64,000 nucleotides of DNA from an uncultured Gemmatimonadales bacterium (GTDB lineage: Bacteria; Gemmatimonadota; Gemmatimonadetes; Gemmatimonadales; GWC2-71-9). Location: the NCBI GenBank assembly GCA_963748815.1, contig CAVVKJ010000008.1, forward strand, positions 1-64,000, written 5' to 3'. The notes beneath the pieces are model-generated. The model ran no database searches. It was not told the origin of the DNA and worked only from the letters and a program-made list of their open reading frames with translations. A program made the translations under genes and the position numbers. Below are positions 54,336-64,000 of this stretch, in pieces; positions within the stretch are counted from its first letter, which is position 1, and each line of letters starts with the position of its first letter.

Positions 54336-55541
54336 ATGGTCCGACTCCCAGATGCCCGCAAGTCGCGCGCGCGCCTCCTCGGCGGATGCCTCGCGTGCGT
54401 CACCCTGGCCGCCCCGCTCGTCGCGCAGAAACCCGCGCCCAAGGCGCCCCCGCCCCCGGCAAACACCTACTGGGTGTACGTCGGCGCGGAGTCGGCCGAC
54501 ATCATCCAGCGGATCCGCTTCAACGCCGACGGCGCCGTCGTGGAGAAGACCACCGCCGTCGGGGAGACGCCGGTCGAGATGGAGGGTCCCCACGGCCTGG
54601 CCATTTCTCGCGACGGGAAGTGGCTCCACATGACCACCGGCCACGGCTCCCCCGACGGCAAGTACTGGCGCTACGCCCTCGGCCCCGACACCCTGGCCGG
54701 CCCCGGGCTCTTCCTCGGCTACTTCCCCGCCACCCTCGACGTCACCCCCGACGGGCTCTACGCCTTCGTCGTCAACTTCAACCTCCACGGCGCCATGATC
54801 CCCTCGTCGGTGTCGGTCGTGTACACCCCGACCAGCACCGAGGTGGCCCGGGTCACCACCTGCACCATGCCGCACGGGAGCCGGATCGACGTGACCGGCA
54901 AGTGGCAGTACTCCGCGTGCATGATGGATGACCAGGTCGTCGAGATCGACACCCGCACCTTCGCGATTGCGCGCCGGTTCAGCGTCGCGAAGAATTCCGA
55001 GGGGCCGATCGACACTGCGGCGGCGAGTGGTCATCAGCACGCGCACGCCGCCGGCCAGCCGATGCCGGCCCCCGACTGCTCGCCGACCTGGGCCCAGCCC
55101 TCCGCCAGCGGCGAGAAGATCTACGTCGCCTGCAACAAGCGGGACGAGATCGTGGAGATCGACCGGGACACGTGGGCCGTCACCCGCCGCTTTCCGACCG
55201 GTCGCGGTCCCTACAACCTGGCGGTGACGCCGGATGGCAGGCTGCTGGTGTCGTCGCTCAAGCAGGGCGGGGCGGTGCAGGTGTTCGACCTCGCCAGCGG
55301 CAGCAGCGTCATGCAGATGAAGAGCTCCACCACGGTGACCCACGGCGTCGCCGTCTCGTCCGACTCGCGCTACGCCTTCGTCAGCAGCGAAGGGGTCGGT
55401 GCCGAGCCGGGGAAGGTGGATGTGTACGACCTGGTGGCGCGCACCCGTGTGGCGTCGGTCGATGTGGGGCAGCAGGCAGGGGGGATTGCATTCTGGCGAA
55501 TGCAGGCGGGGCAGGCGGGCAGCGGGGCAGCGGGGCAGTAG
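54336..55541 (+). CDS. YVTN/YncE-family beta-propeller protein, secreted
   Basis: PHGLAIS.DG, TPDG..AFV, GPYNLAVTPDG and HGVAVS.DS repeats. Confidence 0.88.
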   Translation: MVRLPDARKSRARLLGGCLACVTLAAPLVAQKPAPKAPPPPANTYWVYVGAESADIIQRIRFNADGAVVEKTTAVGETPVEMEGPHGLAISRDGKWLHMTTGHGSPDGKYWRYALGPDTLAGPGLFLGYFPATLDVTPDGLYAFVVNFNLHGAMIPSSVSVVYTPTSTEVARVTTCTMPHGSRIDVTGKWQYSACMMDDQVVEIDTRTFAIARRFSVAKNSEGPIDTAAASGHQHAHAAGQPMPAPDCSPTWAQPSASGEKIYVACNKRDEIVEIDRDTWAVTRRFPTGRGPYNLAVTPDGRLLVSSLKQGGAVQVFDLASGSSVMQMKSSTTVTHGVAVSSDSRYAFVSSEGVGAEPGKVDVYDLVARTRVASVDVGQQAGGIAFWRMQAGQAGSGAAGQ

Positions 55542-55554
55542 CAGACCGAAAAAG

Positions 55555-57514
55555 ACGGCATCGCGTTCATCACGAACGCCGCGTTCGCCGTGTAGCCGTC
55601 CGGATCGAACGGCTTGTACACCGCGATCTCCCGGCGCTGGTCCGCCAGGTTCCCCACCAGCTCGCCGCTCACGTCCACCACCCGGAGCCCGCCGTCATAG
55701 TACGCCTGGTACATGACGTCGTCCTCGACGATGATGTCGTGCGTGCCGAACTCCTCCTGGTGGTACTTGGCGATGTTCTGCGGATGCCTGCGGGTCGGTG
55801 AAGTCGACGATGTGCGTGTAGCCCGCCGCCGTCTGCGGCGGGCCCCCCTTGGCGTTGAGGTTGTTGAGGTAGCTGGTCCCCTCCCACGCCTTCCCCTGGC
55901 GCGACATCACCTCGTCGCCCAGGAAGAGGTACACCTTGCCGGTCGACGCCTGCACATACGGATAGATCTCGTGCGTCGCCCCGCTGGTGGTCTTGTAGGT
56001 GCCGATCAGCACCGGCTTCTCGATCGTGCCGCCGTACGCGCCGTTCCCCACGTCCACCGCCACCACGCCCGTCCCCCACTCGGAGGAGTAGGCGATCCCG
56101 TTCCGCACCCAGACGTCGTGGACCCGGCTGTCGGGATGGTCGTATTCGCTGACGTACTTCGGGTGGTAGATGTCGCGGACGTCCACGATGACGTACTTGT
56201 CACCCCCCGAAATCGCGAAGAGATAGTCGTTCATCGCGTAGATGTTGTGCACCCCGCCGGTCAGCTGCTCCGAGAACGTCGCCGACACCGTCGGGTGCGC
56301 CGGCGTCGCGAGGTCGAGGAGCACGATGCCGTTCACCCGGTTCGACGCCCCCTCCCGCGAGAGCACCCCGTACGCCCGTCGGGCGACACCGTCACGTCGT
56401 TGATGGTCCGGGCGTTCACCTGGATCGAGTCGGTCTTGACCGGGTTCGCCATGTCGGTGATGTCCATGACGTACGCCCAGCCGTCGCCGCCCCAGGTGCC
56501 GACCAGCGCATAGTCCCGCCCGTCCGCCCCCGTCCACGGCCAGAAGTCCGAGGTGTGGACATGCGTGATCGATCCCCGGCCCGCCACGTTGATGCGCCGC
56601 CGCACCTGCCTCGGCTGGACCTCCACCACCTGCCGTGCGGACGCCGTCCCCGCCGACGCCAGCAGCGTGTACCGCCCCGGCACCTCCGCGGCAAAGAGCC
56701 CGCGATCGATGACGCCCGTCGCGCCCGGCGCCGCCACCGTGTCGTCCGGCGTGTACAGATAGCTCCAGGTGATCGGCACGTCCGGCACGACGCTGCCGTT
56801 GGCGCGCGTCGCCCTGGCCGTCAGGTGCAGCACGTCCCCGGTCCGCACCGTCGTCTGCGCCAGCTGAATCGCCAGGTGGGTGACGGGGTTCGGCACGACC
56901 GTGTAGGTGAGCAGCTCGGTGACGCCATCGGCGGTCGCCGAGATCGTCGCCTTCCCCTTGGCCTGGCCGGTGACGTTGCCGAAGCGGTCCACGCTCGCCA
57001 CCGCCTCGTTGGAGCTGCTCCACCGCCAGGCGACCGCGCCCGAGGGACGCGTCGATCCGTCGGCGTGCAACGCCTCCGCCTGGTGCGCCAGTGTGACGCC
57101 GACATACAGCGTGCCCGTTTCGGGGAGGATCACGACCTGGGAGACCGCCGGCCAGGTCACCGTGACGGGCACGGTGATCGTGATCGACCGCACGCTGGTG
57201 TCCGCGGGCACGGTCGAGAGGACGATCTCATACTTCCCCGCCTGGATTCCCTTCACGCCGTCCCGGGTCATCTGGATCCCACCCCGCGCGCCGCTGGCCC
57301 GGATCGAGGGATTCTCCACCACCAGCCCCTGCGCGTCGTAGGCGGTGAGCTTCACCGCGACCGTCTGGCCAGCCTGCATCGACAGGCTCGAGGGCTCCGC
57401 CACCAGCCGGGTGACGGGATGCGCCGCATCCTGCGCCGCCAGCACGGGAACGCCGTACAGGAGCGCCAGCACGCCGGCGACCCTGACGGTGCGCCCAATC
57501 GAGATTACGTTCAT
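55555..57514 (-). pseudogene. second copy of the LVIVD protein, 3'-truncated and frameshifted
   Basis: Indels near 55790 and 56372; C-terminus cut at the duplication junction. Confidence 0.8.
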
Positions 57515-57560
57515 TGAAGAGTCCCTCGGCATTGGTCTGATGAGACAAGGCGTCCTATAT

Positions 57561-58766
57561 ATGGTCCGACTCCCAGATGCCCGCAAGTCGCGCGCGCGCC
57601 TCCTCGGCGGATGCCTCGCGTGCGTCACCCTGGCCGCCCCGCTCGTCGCGCAGAAACCCGCGCCCAAGGCGCCCCCGCCCCCGGCAAACACCTACTGGGT
57701 GTACGTCGGCGCGGAGTCGGCCGACATCATCCAGCGGATCCGCTTCAACGCCGACGGCGCCGTCGTGGAGAAGACCACCGCCGTCGGCGAGACGCCGGTC
57801 GAGATGGAGGGTCCCCACGGCCTGGCCATTTCTCGCGACGGGAAGTGGCTCCACATGACCACCGGCCACGGCTCCCCCGACGGCAAGTACTGGCGCTACG
57901 CCCTCGGCCCCGACACCCTGGCCAGCCCCGGGCTTTTCCTCGGCTACTTCCCCGCCACCCTCGACGTCACCCCCGACGGGCTCTACGCCTTCGTCGTCAA
58001 CTTCAACCTCCACGGCGCCATGATCCCCTCGTCGGTGTCGGTCGTGTACACCCCGACCAGCACCGAGGTGGCCCGGGTCACCACCTGCACCATGCCGCAC
58101 GGGAGCCGGATCGACGTGACCGGCAAGTGGCAGTACTCCGCGTGCATGATGGACGACCAGGTCGTCGAGATCGACACCCGCACCTTCGCGATTGCGCGCC
58201 GGTTCAGCGTCGCGAAGAATTCCGAGGGGCCGATCGACACCGCGGCGGCGAGTGGTCATCAGCACGCGCACGCCGCCGGCCAGCCGATGCCGGCCCCCGA
58301 CTGCTCGCCGACCTGGGCCCAGCCCTCCGCCAGCGGCGAGAAGATCTACGTCGCCTGCAACAAGCGGGACGAGATCGTGGAGATCGACCGGGACACGTGG
58401 GCCGTCACCCGCCGCTTTCCGACCGGTCGCGGTCCCTACAACCTGGCGGTGACGCCGGATGGCAGGCTGCTGGTGTCGTCGCTCAAGCAGGGTGGGGGGG
58501 TGCAGGTGTTCGACCTGGCCAGCGGCAGCAGCGTCATGCAGATGAAGAGCTCCACCACGGTGACCCACGGCGTCGCCGTCTCGCCCGACTCCCGCTACGC
58601 CTTCGTCAGCAGCGAGGGGGTCGGCGCCGAGCCGGGGAAGGTGGATGTGTACGACCTGGTGGCGCGCACCCGCGTGGCGTCGGTCGATGTGGGGCAGCAG
58701 GCGGGGGGGATTGCATTTTGGCGAATGCAGGCGGGGCAGGTGGGTAGCGGGGCAGCGGGGCAGTAA
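57561..58766 (+). CDS. YVTN/YncE-family beta-propeller protein (second copy)
   Basis: Few aa differences from the 54336 copy. Confidence 0.85.
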   Translation: MVRLPDARKSRARLLGGCLACVTLAAPLVAQKPAPKAPPPPANTYWVYVGAESADIIQRIRFNADGAVVEKTTAVGETPVEMEGPHGLAISRDGKWLHMTTGHGSPDGKYWRYALGPDTLASPGLFLGYFPATLDVTPDGLYAFVVNFNLHGAMIPSSVSVVYTPTSTEVARVTTCTMPHGSRIDVTGKWQYSACMMDDQVVEIDTRTFAIARRFSVAKNSEGPIDTAAASGHQHAHAAGQPMPAPDCSPTWAQPSASGEKIYVACNKRDEIVEIDRDTWAVTRRFPTGRGPYNLAVTPDGRLLVSSLKQGGGVQVFDLASGSSVMQMKSSTTVTHGVAVSPDSRYAFVSSEGVGAEPGKVDVYDLVARTRVASVDVGQQAGGIAFWRMQAGQVGSGAAGQ

Positions 58767-58789
58767 CTGACACGAGGGAAGGCCGGGGC

Positions 58790-58818
58790 TGGACCCCGGC
58801 ATTCGCCGGGGTGACGGC
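58790..58818. repeat. REP-like palindrome type B
   Basis: tggaCCCCGGCattcGCCGGGGtgacggc between convergent genes. Confidence 0.72.
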
Positions 58819-58857
58819 TTCCTCGGTGTGTCGTTTTCTACGTTCCCCCGGTCGTCG

Positions 58858-59382
58858 CTAGAACGACCAGTTGGCGATTGGGAAGAACGGGAACTGGCCG
58901 CCCTCCTTGATGATGTTGATCAAGCCGATCTGCAGGCCCTCCAGGCGCTTCGTGTAGTTGACGAAGCCCAGCTGCAGACCGTTCCAGTCCCCCGCCGTGT
59001 TCACCAGGCCGATCTGTACCCCCTGCCCCGACTTGGAGGAGGTGTACCAGCCCGTCTGCAGCCCCTCGAAGCGACCCTCCGTCACGGCACCGGCCGCGCT
59101 CTGCCATCCGCTGAAGCTGCCCTTGTTGAGCGCCACGAGCGCCCATTGGACTCCCGCCGACGGCCCGCCCGACGTGATGTTCACCAGCCCGAGATCCACG
59201 TACCGCACGGACGTGTTCACGGAATAGATGAGGTTGAGCCGCACCGCCGAGACGCCCTTGGTCTCCGGGACAATTTGCACAGGAGTGAAAAGCGATAGTT
59301 GAATCGGGCTGTCCTGGGCGGCGAGCGGCGCCGCCACGGCGGAAAGGAGTACTGCGATTGAGGCTCCGGTCACGACTCGCAT
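58858..59382 (-). CDS. LA_2272/VC2662-like surface repeat protein
   Basis: Signal peptide; G(L/V)QxG(L/F)(V/I)N repeats; C-terminal FFPIANWSF. Confidence 0.8.
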   Translation of the reverse strand: MRVVTGASIAVLLSAVAAPLAAQDSPIQLSLFTPVQIVPETKGVSAVRLNLIYSVNTSVRYVDLGLVNITSGGPSAGVQWALVALNKGSFSGWQSAAGAVTEGRFEGLQTGWYTSSKSGQGVQIGLVNTAGDWNGLQLGFVNYTKRLEGLQIGLINIIKEGGQFPFFPIANWSF

Positions 59383-59489
59383 TCTGCCCCCGTTGGAGAG
59401 AGAGTCTGCGTACTCCCATTCCCAATTCCTGCCGAGAGCACGTCCAAATCTATCTTCCTCAGCCCCGCTGCCCTCCGCTGCCCAGTCCG

Positions 59490-61805
59490 TCATATCCTCG
59501 CATTGTAATTATTCAGCGACTCGTACTGATCCGGCCACGTGAGCGGATGCCCCAGCGCATACGCCGCGTGCCGGGTCCAGTACGGGTCCCAGAGATGCGC
59601 CCGCGCCATCAGCACCAGGTCGGCGCGGCCCGCCGCCAGGATCGCGTTCACGTCCTCGTGACTCTGGATGTTCCCCACCGCCATCGTCGCCACCCCCGCC
59701 TCGTGCCGGATCCGGTCGGCAAAGGGCGTCTGGAACGCCCGCCCATATATAGGACGCTGGTCGGGGATGGTCTGCCCCGCCGACACATCCACCGCGTCCA
59801 CCCCCGCCAGCCCGATGAGCCGCGCCACCTCGACCGATTCCTCTCCGGTGAGCCCGTCGGGATGCCAGTCGGTCGCCGAGACCCGCGCGGTGAGGGGCTT
59901 GGCGTCGGGCCACGCCGCGCGCACGGCGCGAATGACCTCGAGCGGGAAGCGCATCCGGCTCTCGAGCGACCCGCCGTACTCATCGGTGCGGCGGTTGGTG
60001 AGCGGACTGATGAAGCTCGCCAGCAGGTACCCATGCGCCAGGTGAATCTCGATCAGGTCGAATCCCGCCGTATCGGCCCGCCTGGCGGCCTCCACGAACT
60101 CGTCGCGTACCCGGTCCATCTCGGCGCGGGTCATGGCGCGGGGCACCTGGTTCTCTGGCTTCCACGGAATGGCGCTCGCCGACATGATCGGCCAGGCACC
60201 TTCCTCAAGGGGGACGTTGTCCCGGCTTCCACGGAATGGCGCTCGCCGACATGATCGGCCAGGCCCCCGCAGGCAGCGGCTCGTTGTCGCCCTCCCACAT
60301 CAGTTTCGTCGCCGCCTTCCGCCCCGCGTGCCCCAGCTGCATCCCCATGCGCGTGTCCGGCGCATGCTCGCGCACGAAGTCCACGATCCGCTTCCACGCC
60401 GTCAGCTGCGCGTCGTTGTACATCCCGGTGCACCCCGGCGTGATCCTTCCCTCCGCGCTGACATCGGTCATCTCGGTCATGACCAGCCCCGCGCCGCCGA
60501 TGGCTCTGCTGGCGAGATGCTGCAGGTGCCAGTCGTTCGGCACGCCGTCCACCGCGGAGTACTGGCACATCGGCGACACCACGATGCGGTTGCTCAGGCG
60601 CATCCCGCGCAGGTGATACGGCGTCAGGAAGGGCGGGGGACTGGTCTTCCCCTGGCACCGGCTGCGACTCCCGCCTTGTCGGCGTACCACCGCTCCACCC
60701 GCTCCACGAACGCCGGATCGCGCGTGCGGAGGTTCTCGTGGGTAATGCGGAGGCTCCGCGTGAGAAGGCTGTAGGCAAACTGCAGCGGCTCGAGGTCGTC
60801 GTACCGCTCCGTCGCCTCGAACCACTCGAGGCTGGCCTGCGCCGCGCGCTGCACGCTCTCCACCCCTGGCCGCCGCTCTGTCTCGTACGTCTTGAGCGCC
60901 GCCGCCACATCCTTGGCTCCCTGCAGCACACGGCTCAACTCGATGGCATCCTCCATTGCCAGCTTCGTCCCGCTCCCCACCGAGAAATGCGCCGTGTGCG
61001 CCGAGTCGCCCAGCAGCACCAGTCGTCCGTCGGCCCAGCTCCGGCACTTCACCGTGGGGAACTGCCGCCAGATGCTCCGGTTGGCGATGAGCCGGTGCCC
61101 CTCGAGTTCCTCCCTGAAGAGCGCCTCGCAGTACGCGATCGTCGCCGCCTCGTCGCCCTCTTCCAGTCCCGCCGCCCGCCATGCCGCATCCGTTGTTTCC
61201 ACGATGAACGTGGACTCCCCCTCGGCGTACTGGTACGCGTGCGCCCGCCAGAGGCCGTGCGCGTTCTGCCGGAAGGAGAAGAAGAAGCTGGGGAAGGGAC
61301 GGGTGGTGCCGAGCCAGACGAACCGGTTCGGGCGCATGTCGACGGTGGCGCCGAAGGACGCTGCGCGCGCCTCGCGGATGGCGCTGTTGACGCCGTCCGC
61401 CGCCACGACCAGGTCGTGCGTCTCCAGCAGCTCCTCGACCGGCGGCGCCTCGGTGAGCTCCCGCACCTCGGCACCCAGCGCCTTCGCGCGCTCGAACAGG
61501 ATCTCGAGCAGCACCTTCCGGGAGACGCCGCTGAAGCCGTGGCCGCCCGAGGTGATGCACTCGCCGTTGATGTGGACGTCGATGTCGCCCCACCGGTGCA
61601 TCACCGCCGACATCGCCGCATGCGTCACGTCGTCCGCCTCGGCGAGGATCCCCTCGGTCGCGTCGGAGAGCACCACGCCGAACCCGAAGGTGTCCTCGAT
61701 CCGGTTCCGCTCGTAGACGGTCACGTGGGTGGATGGATCGGCCCGACGGAGCAGGATGGCCAGGTAGAGCCCCCCCGGCCCGCCGCCGATGATGGCGACC
61801 TTCAT
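59490..61805 (-). CDS. abmA: bifunctional salicylyl-/2-aminobenzoyl-CoA monooxygenase / NADH:flavin oxidoreductase (frameshifted in this assembly)
   Basis: [37 protein letters not shown], then old-yellow-enzyme domain [21 protein letters not shown]; breaks near 60650 and 60200. Confidence 0.85.
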
Positions 61806-62948
61806 GCGCCGCCCAGCACTTCCCGCGCAATCAGGAGCCGCTGGATTTCGGTGGTTCCCTCGTAGATTCGCAGCGACCGCACCGCCCGGTACAGCTTGTC
61901 CACCGGGTGCGAGGCCAGCACGCCGCGGCCGCCGAGCAGCTGCACGGCGCCGTCGACGATGCGCTGGGCCGCCTCGGTGGCGTAGCTCTTGGCCATCGCG
62001 GACTCCAGGGTGACGCGCTCCGCGCCCCGATCCTTGGCCCACACCGCGCGGTACACAAGCAAGCGCGCCGCGTGGAGCTCGGTGGCCATCTGCGCAATCC
62101 GGTCCTGCGTCAGCTGGAACTCGGCCAGCGGCTTCCCGAACTGTTGCCGTTCGTTGACGTGCGCCACCGCCTCGTCGAGCGCGCGCGCCGCCATGCCGCA
62201 GGCCGCGGCACCGACCGTGGCGCGGAGCCGGTCCAGCGTGGCGAGCCCGAGCCCCAGCCCCCGCCCCGGTTCGCCGAGGATGTTGTCGGCGGGAATGCGG
62301 CAGCGCTCGAAGGAGAGCTCGCCCAAGGGATGCGGCGCGCTCATCACCTGTGCGCCGGCAAACACCAGCCCCGGCGCGCCGGCCGGCACCACGAAGGCCG
62401 AGATCCCCTTGGCGCCCTTCGACCGGTCGGTCGAGGCGAAGACGGTGTACACGTCGGCGATGCCGGCGTTCGAGATGAACGCCTTCCGCCCCTCGAGCAC
62501 CCATTCCTTGCCGTCTCGCGTGGCGGTGGTGGTCATCGAGCCGACGTCGGAGCCGGCCTCGGGTTCCGTCATGGCGAAGCCGCACATGACCTCGCCGCCG
62601 TCGATGCGCGGGAGCCAGCGCTTCTGCATCTCCTCGTTCGCCGCTCAGGCGGATCGGCATCGAACCCAGCGCCTGCAGGGCGTACACCTCGTCGGCGAGC
62701 GGCGAGTGGTACGCCAGCCCCTCGCGGATCAGCGCCACCGCGCGGAGGTCGAGGGTGACCAGTGCCTCGCCCAGCCCCGCCTCGGCCAGCAGCGGCACGA
62801 GCGCACGGGCGCGGGTGCGCGCCGCCTTGTCGGTGTCAGGATCGGGGTGATCGGCCAGCGCTTCCTGGCCGAACGCAGCCACCGTCGCTGCCACATCGGC
62901 GTGGTGCGGCTCCAGGAACGCGGCGACCGCCTCGGAGTCGGGTCTCAT
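61802..62948 (-). CDS. acyl-CoA dehydrogenase (frameshift near 62640)
   Basis: [29 protein letters not shown] and [11 protein letters not shown] motifs. Confidence 0.9.
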
Positions 62949-63743
62949 GGGAACTTCGGGTCCCGCTTCTGGGTGAACGCCTGGTACCCCTCCATGTAGT
63001 CGGGGCCGAGCATCAGCTGCGCCTGCGCCTCCGCCTCGTGGTCGAGTCCCGACTCGAGGTCGAGCTCCGCCTCGAGGTCGATCGCCTCCTTGGTGGCGGC
63101 GAGCGCCTCGCGCGGCCCACGCGCCAGCTTCTCGGCCAGGGCGATGGCGGCCGGCATCACGTCCCCCTCCACCACCTGGTGGTAGAGGCCAATCTCCTTC
63201 GCGCGGGCGGGGGAGGTGAACTCGCCGAGCATCAGCATCTCGGTGGCCATGCTGTGCCCCACCAGCCGGGGCAGGAGCCAGGCCGCGCCCATGTCGGCAC
63301 CGGAGAGCCCCACGCGCACGAAGAGGATAGGCGATCTTCGCCTTCTCGTTGGCCACCCGGAAGTCGCAGGCGCTGGCAATGACGGCGCCCGCCCCGGCCA
63401 CCGTCCCGTTGAGCCCGGCCACCACCGGCCGCGGGCAGCGGCGGATCGAGAGGATCAGGTCGCAGGTCAACCGGGTGAAGGCGCGGAGCTCGTCGATGTC
63501 CATCTCGAGCAGCGGCCCGATGATGTCCTCGACGTCGCCGCCGGAGCAGAACGCCCGCCCCGCCCCGGTGATGATCACCGACCGGACGTCCGGCTCTTCG
63601 CCGAGGGCGTTGAAGGTGTCGGTCAGCTCGCGGTACACCTCGAAGGTGAGCGCATTGAGCTTGTCAGGGCGGTTGAGGGTGATGGTCGCGACGCCGGTCG
63701 CCGCGTCGAGCGCGTAGAGGAATGATGTCGGGCTGATCGTCAT
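62945..63743 (-). CDS. enoyl-CoA hydratase family protein (frameshift near 63335)
   Basis: ITLNRPDKLNAL, RAFCSGGD, GLSGADMGA..LPRLVG. Confidence 0.9.
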
Positions 63744-64000
63744 GCGGGCCTCCCGGCCTGCGCGGGAATCACCGCGGTGGTCTCCATCTCGAGGAGCGCG
63801 TGCTCGTCGAGCAGCGCCGACACCTCCACCAGCGCCATGGCCGGGTAGTGCCGCCCCATCAGTTCCTTCCAGATGCCGCCCAGCGCCCGGCGCGCGTCGC
63901 GGTACTCCTCCATGTCGAGCACGTACACCGTCATCCGCCCGATATCGGTGGGCTGCCCGCCGGCCGCGCGCACCACCGCGAGCGAGTTGGTCAGCGCCCG
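63740..64000 (-). CDS. RidA/YjgF family protein (5' end outside the window)
   Basis: YPAMALVEVSAL..LLEMETTAV. Confidence 0.85.
   Translation of the reverse strand, partial: RALTNSLAVVRAAGGQPTDIGRMTVYVLDMEEYRDARRALGGIWKELMGRHYPAMALVEVSALLDEHALLEMETTAVIPAQAGRPA

Larger units (their letters stand above)
52330..58765. repeat. 3225-bp tandem duplication (52330-55540 vs 55555-58765)
   Basis: Near-identical copies with scattered SNPs and indels. Confidence 0.92.

Noticed and set aside
60157..60264. 41-bp direct repeat with a 26-bp spacer inside abmA as a target-site duplication or mini-element
   Set aside because: Too long for a TSD and no element between the copies; most likely an assembly or read-join artefact
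59490..63743. Programmed frameshifting or a 1039-aa fusion in the aromatic-CoA operon
   Set aside because: Three consecutive conserved genes each carry single-base indels without slippery motifs; most likely sequencing errors
1..64000. tRNA, rRNA or IS transposase genes
   Set aside because: None recognisable by eye or in the ORF track

Overview
High-GC bacterial DNA; the gene content (Big_2/RCC1, LVIVD, TolB and FG-GAP-like lipoproteins with ACSDxxAP-type N-termini) suggests Gemmatimonadota, which is an inference. A ~45 kb chromosomal (super)integron dominates the window. It has an integron integrase (50253-51281, minus strand) and an array of ~50 gene cassettes (~6100-50196) separated by 52 copies, some damaged, of one ~128-bp attC family. 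The layout is atypical: intI is co-oriented with the cassettes and the attI crossover lies 56 bp downstream of its stop codon. Cassettes encode 8 type II toxin-antitoxin modules (6 with apparently leaderless promoters), an Mrr-like nuclease, two HEPN-motif proteins, a membrane-anchored Clp-N domain, a circularly permuted ACP-like protein and many secreted or lipoprotein unknowns, including duplicated and triplicated cassettes. Most cassettes have their own 12-17 bp terminal inverted repeat extending past the 7-bp R boxes, and about half carry a single bulged A at position 10. Identical cassette bodies also carry different attC bodies. The left flank holds small housekeeping-type genes and a BKACE pseudogene. 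The right flank holds REP-like palindromes, a 3.2-kb tandem duplication (LVIVD + YVTN genes) and an aminobenzoyl-/salicylyl-CoA catabolic operon. Frequent single-base frameshifts, even in the flanking operon, suggest assembly indel errors, so pseudogene calls are tentative.
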